A stretch of DNA of 63,689 nt, counting the filler, from Conidiobolus incongruus B7586 (lineage: Eukaryota): assembly GCA_000697335.1 (NCBI GenBank). It is 35 parts of 35 records of this genome, joined end to end, with 100 filler letters (N's around TTAATTAATTAA, not from the genome) between each part and the next. Parts side by side here need not be neighbours in the genome. Positions count along the whole stretch, not along the records: positions 55,007 to 56,656 come from JNEM01005164.1; positions 56,757 to 58,129 come from JNEM01005167.1; positions 58,230 to 61,028 come from JNEM01005171.1; positions 61,129 to 62,520 come from JNEM01005172.1; positions 62,621 to 63,689 come from JNEM01005175.1; 30 more parts are not named here. The stretch is one strand, 5' to 3'. Below, piece by piece: positions 55,007 through 63,689 of the stretch. Made by a program: the position numbers and the translations under genes. Under the pieces are notes generated by a model. The model did no database searches, had not been told where the DNA came from, and saw nothing but the letters and a program-made list of their open reading frames with translations. The first letter of the stretch is position 1. Every line of letters begins with the position of its first letter.

Positions 55007-56517
55007 TAAAACAATTATATATATTAAATTACTTGAATTTATAATATATTATTAAGATAAATTATTTGATAATAAATATAAATATTTAAATATATTTTGT
55101 AAACTATTAGCAAAAACATAACCTTTAATATTTAACTAAGGTGAGTTATATTTTTGCAGGTTTTTAAGATAAGATGATATATTTAATAATATATAATTAT
55201 ATCTTTTTACTTTCTTTGCTATTATTTTATATAATATTTTATAAATATATTAAATTCTTTTTATTAACATTATTATTATTAAATCCCACTATAATAAAAT
55301 TTATTTATATATCAATCAATTTTATAAAAAAGATAAATTAACTTATGATATTATTAGAATTACTAGTGTTAATTAGCTTACTATAGTTAAAGCTATTAAA
55401 AATAGTAATAAAAACATAATTAAATTTAAATTTAAATGTGCTAAGATTATAAATAAAAATGATAAGAAGTATATCTATAGGTTAATTAATTTAAATAAGT
55501 GTAGTATTATTATAAAAATATAGCAGGAATCATAAGGCTATATAAGAATATTAGTTAACACTAATACTATTATACATACTTTATATTAGTATAGATACCA
55601 CTTATATTTTAAGAAAAAATACCCCTAACTAAAGAAATCCTATTATAAAACTAAGTAAGGATTTGAATATTATTATTAATATTAAATTAAAACTAATTAA
55701 AATAAGGTTATTTAATCTAATGAAATAAAAATATATTTTAGTAAATCTAATAAAAAAGCTAGATATTTTAAAAAAGATATAAAACTATTTTGTAATAATT
55801 ATGTTAATTCTACCCAAAAGTATAATAGTAGTTTAATTATTATTTAAGGATATATATTGTCTTTAGTTATATGATATCTTTATAAAATTAATAGTGGAAT
55901 TAATATTAAGCTATGTTAAAATATTTTGAATAATGAATTAAAAAAATAATTAAATAGTATAGGTTAAACAAATTTAATGTTATTTTCCAGCAAGACAATA
56001 TATCTTGTTATATTATAGCTTTTATTACCAAATAGCTTAAAAATAACAAGGTAATAGTTATAAAGTAGCCTTTTTAATCTTTTAACTTTATATAATTAAA
56101 TGCCTTTGGGATTAGTTAAAAAAAGATATTAAAACTTTCTTCTTAATAAAAATTTTAGATTAGCATTAGGAATATATTTAAAAAATATAAAATAAGATTA
56201 ACTTTTCTTAATATAAAAAGTTAGTTAATTCTATATCCTACAAGCTTAAAGGAATTAGAAAAGTTAAAAATAAATATACTAGGCTTTATTTTTTTTAACA
56301 CCAAAAATCTAAAAATTTACAACTCACCTTAGGTAAAATTTAAGGGATTATATTTTAGCCAATTAATAACTAAATATCATCATTTAAAGATATATATTAT
56401 TAATAAATATAATAGATTTTAATTATTTAATTTAGGTTTATTTTATTAAAAATTAATCAAGTTATTAATAAAAATATAAGTGTTTTTGATTTTATGACTT
56501 ATTTTTCTAAATTAATA
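55007..56517 (+). mobile_element. Tc1-type (DD34E) transposon, hypermutated, near full length
   Basis: aaggttatttaatctaatgaaataaaa (KVIWSDETK) at 55704, attttccagcaagacaat (IFQQDN) at 55982 and ctttgggat (LWD) at about 56104. Inverted inner repeats at 55136-55165 and 56303-56332. Confidence 0.93.
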
Positions 56518-56756
56518 TATAAGCTTTATAATTTATATCCTGTAAACTTATAAGTGTATAAATCTATAACTTATTTTAATAAAGCTTTGGGTTTTAATTT
56601 ATTAACTATTAGCTAATAAAATATAATCAATTATAATTAACGATAATCAAAGATATNNNNNNNNNNNNNNNNNNNNNNNNNNNNNNNNNNNNNNNNNNNN
56701 TTAATTAATTAANNNNNNNNNNNNNNNNNNNNNNNNNNNNNNNNNNNNNNNNNNNN

Positions 56757-58129
56757 TAATAACTTAATTAATATTTAATAAAATAAACTTAAATTAAATA
56801 ATTAAAATCTATTATATTTATTAAAAATATATATCATTATATAATGATATTTAGTTATTAATTGGTTAAAATATAAACACTTAAATTTTACCTAAGATAA
56901 GTTATAAATTTGTAACTTTTTAATGATAAAAAAAATTAAAACCTAGTGTATCTACCTTTAACTTTTCTAACTTCTTTAAGTTTGTGGGATATAAAATCAA
57001 TTAACTTTTTATATTAAGAAAAGTTAATTTTATTTTATATTTCTTAAACATATTTTTAAAGTTGATTTAAATCTTTTGTTGGGGGGGGAAAACTTTAATA
57101 ACTTTTTTTAACTAATTCTAAAGGTATTTAATTAGGTTAAAGTTAAGAGATTGAAAAAGCTATTTTATAACTATTATCTTATTATTTTTAAGCTATTTAG
57201 TAGTAAAAGCTATAATATAACAAAAAACATTATCTTACTAGAAAATAGTATTAGATTTATTTAACCTATACTATTCAATAGTTTTTTTCAATTTATTTTT
57301 TAGAATACTTTAGTATATTTTAGTATTAATTCCCCTATTAACTTTATAAAGATACTTTACATTTAATAACAACATATATCCTTAAATAATAATTAACCTA
57401 TTATTGTATTTCTAGGTAAAATTAACATAATAGTTACAAAGTAATTTTGCATCTTTTTTAAAATATCTAGCTTTTTTATCAAATCTACTAAAGTATATTT
57501 TTGTTCCATTAAACTAAATAACCTTACTCTAATTAGTTTTAGTTTAATATTAGTAATGATATTTAAACTCCCACCTAACTTTATAATAAGATTTTTTTAG
57601 TTGAGGCTGTTTTTTCTTAAAGTATAAGTGGTATTTATATTAATGTAAAGTATTTATAATAGTATTAATACTAACTAATATTTTTATATAATCTTATAGT
57701 TCTTGTTGTATTTCTACAATAATATTATACTTGCTTGTATTAACTAACCTATAGATATACTTCTTATCATATTTATCTATAATCCTAGCACACTTAAGTT
57801 TAAGTTTAAATATATTTTTATTGTAATTTTTAATAGTTTTAACTATAGTAAACTAACTAACAATAGTAATTCTAACAATATTATAAGTTGATTTATCTTT
57901 TTTATAAAGTTAATTAATGTATAAATAAATTTTTTTAAAGAGGGATTTAGGTATAATAATACTAATAAAAAAATTTAGTATATCTCTAAAATATTATATA
58001 AAATAATAACAAAAAGAGAAAAAAATATGGTTATATATTGTTAAATATATCCCTTTATCTCAAAAACCTGTAAATTTATTACTCACCTTAGTTAAATATT
58101 AAGGGTTAATATTTTTGCTAATAATTTTC
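56757..58129 (-). mobile_element. Tc1-type (DD34E) transposon, hypermutated
   Basis: Collinear reverse complement of 55007-56517, with aaactcccacct and actcaccttag retained. Confidence 0.9.
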
Positions 58130-58649
58130 NNNNNNNNNNNNNNNNNNNNNNNNNNNNNNNNNNNNNNNNNNNNTTAATTAATTAANNNNNNNNNNNNNNN
58201 NNNNNNNNNNNNNNNNNNNNNNNNNNNNNATAATATTTTATTTGTAATAATTCCAAATATATGGATTAATATTGGAAATATTAATTTTAACTTTTTTAAC
58301 TAATTAATAAAGGTTTACAATCCCAATAAAAAATCAAAAATAAGTGAATCACTAATAATATAATATATATATATAACAATATCTTTAATTAATCAATTTC
58401 TTAATATTTTTTATTATTATAATAAATTTTTGATTAAAAATATAAAATATATAAATATAATTATAAAAATCTAAATAAGACACAATATTATTAAAAAATA
58501 AATTTAAAAAATAGTTAATGTAAAATAACTTATAAAATAATATATTTATTTCATTTGTATATAAAAAAAAATTAAATAATATTAAATAGAGCAAAAATCA
58601 ATTGGATGTATTATAATATTTTTATAATTTTGATATTTTGTTTGGATTA

Positions 58650-60500
58650 TTAATTAACTATGTATTATTTATAAGATTTTGTATTTCCAATTTAAAATAA
58701 ATTTCACAAAGCGGTTTAATGATATAGTTGATTAAATATGCAAATATGGAAATTTAACAATATTAAATCTCTGATTTTTAATTAAATAATTTAGTTGAAT
58801 TAAACAAATTCAAATAATACTTTACAAAGATTTCTTATTTGCAAAAAGGCTGATATTTACATTATAAAGCATTCATTCAATAGAAATTTTAATTATATTT
58901 TTTCAGATTTAAACATTCTATATTTAGTAATACAAAAATATCCATTGAAAATTTAAATCATTCTTTAAATTTGTCAATTTGATAATAATACTTTGACTAG
59001 TTTCAATATTCAATAATCATAGTTAAATGTAGGATTTCCAGGTGGGTGAGGATGAATTGTCAAAGATTTCTTGACATCTTTGTTTGCAATTGAATCCAAC
59101 GAAGAGTGACTTATTTCAGATTAAAAAAAGTATACTTTAATCCCATTACATATATAGCATATATCGCTTGACATTGTTTTTGTTTGTAGCCAAGTATTTG
59201 TGTTTATCAAAGTTAGATGATACAACTGATACCATTTGAGATGCTATTTCATATCACTTCAATATAATAATTCTTTAATTTTAAAATATTGTCGACCTTA
59301 ATAAGCAATTATATATATTAATTTATATAAAAATTTCAGTTGTGATATAGTCCCAATTACCATTTGAATTTCAAATCAATATAATGGATTAGAGTAAAAG
59401 GAAGTATATGATATTGTAACTTTGTGAAAATAATAGTTAATAAAGTTATCAGTAAAAACGCCCTTACTTCCAATACCACCATGCCAGATTTATTAATTCT
59501 AAGTAAATAGTTACATATTGTTTTACTATTACACATTTAAACAGCTTCATTTTGAATATTCATGTTGTGCATAATTGGGTTGTTTTAAATAAGTCATTAC
59601 ACTCTTAAATACTAGGATCCTTTAAGTATGTTGAAATCTTTCAAGGAAATAAATATTTAATATGAAAGACAAGTTGATATTGAATCATAACATTAATATT
59701 GTTGAATTTTTGTCGGATTTGCATTTTAATTATATTTTGAGACCTGACTTAATTAGTTTGCAGGTTCAATATATCAAATAGGTATTATGGGATCCAATGT
59801 CAGATTAAACAATTAATTAAAACTAATTAATTTCTCAATAGTTAAAATTAAATTTTATGATTAGACGGTAATAAATCAAAATTATCACTTTAATATAAAG
59901 ACTATATCTTGTTAATCAACAAATATTTTGAATCTTGGGTTAAAATTTAATATAAGCACTTCATATTAATGATATTAACCATTAAAATTATATAATTTCT
60001 ATTAAATTTCAGGGATTGATATTCAAAATTATTTTAATTGATATAAATAAAATTTTCAATAAAAAATATATAAACTAAGTGAAAAATAATTGGCACTTAT
60101 TGATTAGGAATTTCAATGAATTATAAATACTACTCTGATATTAAATTACCATATACAAAAACTAATTAGTGGATACCAAAATTGGTGTATGAATGTTAGA
60201 ATATTATAGTCAAATTTGTTTATTCAATATACTTACCAATAGCAGGAAAAGGCAATATATGCATATTTTATTTGTAACTTCGAATTTTCTATAACAAATA
60301 TCGAATAGCCATTGATTTAATAATAAATATGGTCTTTAATATAGATTTAGTGTCTGGCTCATAGTAAATATATATAGATTTTACCATAACAACATCATTA
60401 AAAGATCAAATTATTTTAAACATTTTGGGAACTAGAACTTATAATTTTACTATTTAATACCTTTCATAGTTGTTGAATATCTATGCTTTAATATATATTA
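58650..60500. pseudogene. Possible decayed coding sequence of unknown identity
   Basis: GC is moderately elevated, and short codon-like stretches on the - strand (e.g. TIHPHPPGNPTFNYDY*, WHGGIGSKGVF) are broken by stops. No family was recognised. Confidence 0.2.
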
Positions 60501-61128
60501 AAATATAACTAGATATAATAGTAAAAATATAATAATGATAAAACTATCAAATTAAAAATCAAATATAAATATAATTATCATCGAAAGCAGTCTAAGGAAT
60601 ATATTTTGTACAATCTTATTATATATTTTAACTTTTTTTTTAATAAATCATATATGGTAATTTTTGGGGCTATATCAGTACTGAATGAATAATTAACTAT
60701 ACAATATTAATTCAAACAGTTATATCCTAAATTTTATGGTTAATATAAAATATTAAATTTACTTCAATCAGAATTATTATTACTTAATTTATAAAATGAC
60801 AAAAATAACAATGTTAATGATAAAGTTATTTCTAACTATAAAGAAAACAGGATTTGTTTTTTATAATTTTAATTAATTAATTTCATTGATTTCAAAAATA
60901 TAATTAAATAAATTTCACATTATTTTTTCTAAATGTACAAATATTAAATTATTTTCACTATAGGAATAAAAATATAGTATATTATTTTTTTAAATATTTA
61001 AATATATTTGTACTTTTAAAAAATAGATNNNNNNNNNNNNNNNNNNNNNNNNNNNNNNNNNNNNNNNNNNNNTTAATTAATTAANNNNNNNNNNNNNNNN
61101 NNNNNNNNNNNNNNNNNNNNNNNNNNNN

Positions 61129-62520
61129 TTTTAATGAAATAAACCTAAATTAAATAATTAAAAATATCATATTTATTAATAATATATATCATTAAATGAT
61201 GATATTTAGTTATTAATTGGTTAAAATATAAACCCTTAAATTTTACCTAAAATGAGTTATAAATTTGTAGGTTTTTAATGATAAAAAAATTAAAACTTAG
61301 TGTATTTACCTTTAGCTTTTTTAACTTCTTTAAATTTATATGGTATAGAATCAACTAACTTCTTATATTCAAAAGGGTTAATCTTGTTCTATGTTTTTTA
61401 AATATATTCCTAATGTTGATCTAAATTTTTTATTAAGGGGAAAGCTTTATTAACTTTTTTTAACTGATCCTAAAGATATTCAATTAAGTTAAGATTAAAA
61501 AATTAAGGAGGCTATTTTATAACTATTATCTTGTTATTTTTAAGCTATTTGGTAATAAAAGCTATAATATAACAAGAGGTATTATCTTATTGGAAAATAA
61601 TATTAGATTTGTTTAATCAATACTATTTAATAGTTTTATTTCAATTCTTTATCTAGAATACTTTAATATATCTTAGTATTAATTCCCCTATTAACTTTAC
61701 AAAGATATCTTATATTTAAAACCAACATATATCCCTAAATAATAATTAACCCACTATTGTACTTTTGGGTAGAATTAATATAATGGTTATAAAATAATTT
61801 TGTATCCTTTTTAAAATATCTAGCTTTTCTATCAAATTCACTAAAGTATATTTTTGTTTCATTAAACAAAATAACCTTATTTTAATCAGTTTTAATTTAA
61901 TATTAATAGTGACATTTAAACTCTTAACTAGCTTTATAGTGGGATTTCTTTAGTTAAAAGTGTTTTTTCTTAAGGTGCAAATGATATCTATGCTAATATA
62001 AAGCATATATAATAGTATTAATATTAACTAATATTCTTTTATAGTTTTATAATTCTTGCTATATTTTTACAATAGTATTACACTTGCTTAAACTAACCAA
62101 TATATAGATATACTTCTTACCATATTTATCTATAGTCTTAACACACTTAAGTTTAAGTTTAAATATGTTTTTATTGTTATTTTTAACAGCTTTAGCTATA
62201 GTAAACTAGTTAACATTAGTAATTCTAGTAATATCATGAGTTAATTTATTTTCTTTATAAAGTTGATTAATATATAAATAGATTTTTTTAGAGAGGGATT
62301 TAAGTATAGTGATACTAATAAAAAAATTTAATATATCTATAAAATATTATATAAAATAATAGCAAAGAGAGAAAAAAGATATGGTTATATATTATTAAAT
62401 ATATCCCCTTATCTCAAAAACCTAAAAATTTAAAACTTACTTTAGTTAAATATTAAAGGTTAATATTTTTGCTAATAGTTTACTAAATATATCTAAATAT
62501 ATTTATTTATTATTAAATAA
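61129..62520 (-). mobile_element. Tc1-type (DD34E) transposon, hypermutated
   Basis: gtattatcttattggaaaat, ccaacatatatccctaaat and cccactattgtacttttggg remnants (QDN, WGCM and QKYGGG regions in reverse complement). Confidence 0.9.
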
Positions 62521-62620
62521 NNNNNNNNNNNNNNNNNNNNNNNNNNNNNNNNNNNNNNNNNNNNTTAATTAATTAANNNNNNNNNNNNNNNNNNNNNNNN
62601 NNNNNNNNNNNNNNNNNNNN

Positions 62621-63689
62621 ATAATTTTATTTACTAAAAACAATTTTAAAAAAAATTAAATTGAGATTTATATATATTAAGATTATTGATAAATATATTA
62701 ATAAATATATTTATAGATGAATTAATATAATTAAATATAAAATATAATAAAAATAAAACAAAAATAATAAGGTTATATAAGAATATTAGCTTCTTTAATT
62801 TCATTTTATATATTTAATATTAAGATAAATATTATTAATATTTTAAGTAAAAACACTTTTGTTTAAAAAACTTTTATTATAAAACTAAGACAAAGTTTAA
62901 AAATCATTATTAACTCTAAATTAAAATTATTTAAAAAAGGTTATTTAATTTAATAAAATAAAATATATTTTAATAATCTTAATAACTAAGGTAAATATTT
63001 CAAAAAAGATAAAAAATTACTTTATAAGAATTATATTATTATAATTTAAAAATATAATAATAAATTAGTTAAAATTTAAAAATTTATATTATCTTTATAT
63101 ATATAATATTTTGATAAAATTAATAAAGGAATTAATATCAAGATATATCAATGTATTTAAAAAAATAAATTAAAAAGAATTATTTAATAATATAGATTAA
63201 ATAAATTAAATATTATTTTTTTACAAAATAAAATCTTTTGCTATATTATAACTTTTATTACTTAATAACTTAAATAAGAGAATAATTATTATAAAATAAT
63301 CTCTTTAATTTTTTAATTTTAATTTAATTAAGCATTTTTAGGATTGATTAAAAAAATTAATTATAATATCCCTTTTAATAAAAAAAACAATAAACTATAA
63401 AAACATATTTAAGAAATTTAAAATAATATTAATCTTAATATATAAAATTAATTAATTTTATATATTATAAACTTAAAAAAGTTAGAAAAATAAAAGATAA
63501 ATATATTAGATATTAATTTTATATTTATATTAAAACCAATAAACTTATTTTTTTTGAGAAAAATTTAGTTTTAATATAACAAATAATTATAAGTTTAATC
63601 CAATATTATATATTATGTTATAAATGAAAAATATACAATAGCTATATAGTTTAATATAATTTATTTAAATAAAAATGAATTAAAATAAT
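62621..63689 (+). mobile_element. Tc1-type transposon, extremely mutated copy
   Basis: aaaattaataaaggaattaatat and aaacttaaaaaagttagaaaaataaaagataaatatattagatattaa match the family. Confidence 0.8.

Noticed and set aside
58990..59120. Trypsin-like pseudogene (IHPHP...NYD..ILK on the - strand)
   Set aside because: No TAAHC or GDSGGP motif was found in the flanks.
6762..62620. Regularly recurring TTAATTAATTAA as a CRISPR-like or biological repeat
   Set aside because: It is always embedded in exactly 44 N on each side, so it is a synthetic six-frame-stop contig linker.
8234..63689. Clustered or tandem array of alternating Tc1 and mariner elements
   Set aside because: The copies lie on separate contigs, so order and orientation are artefacts of concatenation.
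8234..63689. Alternative genetic code (stop-codon reassignment) explaining in-frame TAA/TAG in the transposases
   Set aside because: Stops differ between copies and arise at both Trp and Gln codons by transitions. Host genes use the standard code with TAA stops.

Overview
This is not a contiguous locus. It is a pseudo-scaffold of about 35 small contigs from a very AT-rich, intron-rich fungal genome, joined by 34 artificial 100-nt linkers (N44-TTAATTAATTAA-N44). The host is probably an early-diverging, non-Dikarya fungus (inference). Four spliced genes can be reconstructed: an Hst3/Hst4-class sirtuin (2251-3843, +), NTAQ1/WDYHV1 N-terminal glutamine amidohydrolase (4313-5286, -), a UBE2G1/Ubc7-family E2 (44385-45254, +) and a 3'-truncated RPL11/uL5 (49967-50542, +). 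Most other contigs are ORF-less, hypermutated copies of two DNA-transposon families. Their transposases become readable by reverting C>T and G>A changes: a Tc1-type DD34E element with IR/DR-like ends (about 14 copies plus 2 end fragments) and a mariner-type DD34D element (about 11 copies or fragments). The mutation pattern (CpA>TpA, TpG>TpA, almost no CpG) resembles repeat-induced point mutation (RIP). Two related solo LTRs are also present. An unidentified GC-rich island of about 370 nt with many hairpins (5415-5785) lies divergently upstream of NTAQ1 and looks like a structured ncRNA. TE boundaries are approximate and were read by eye.
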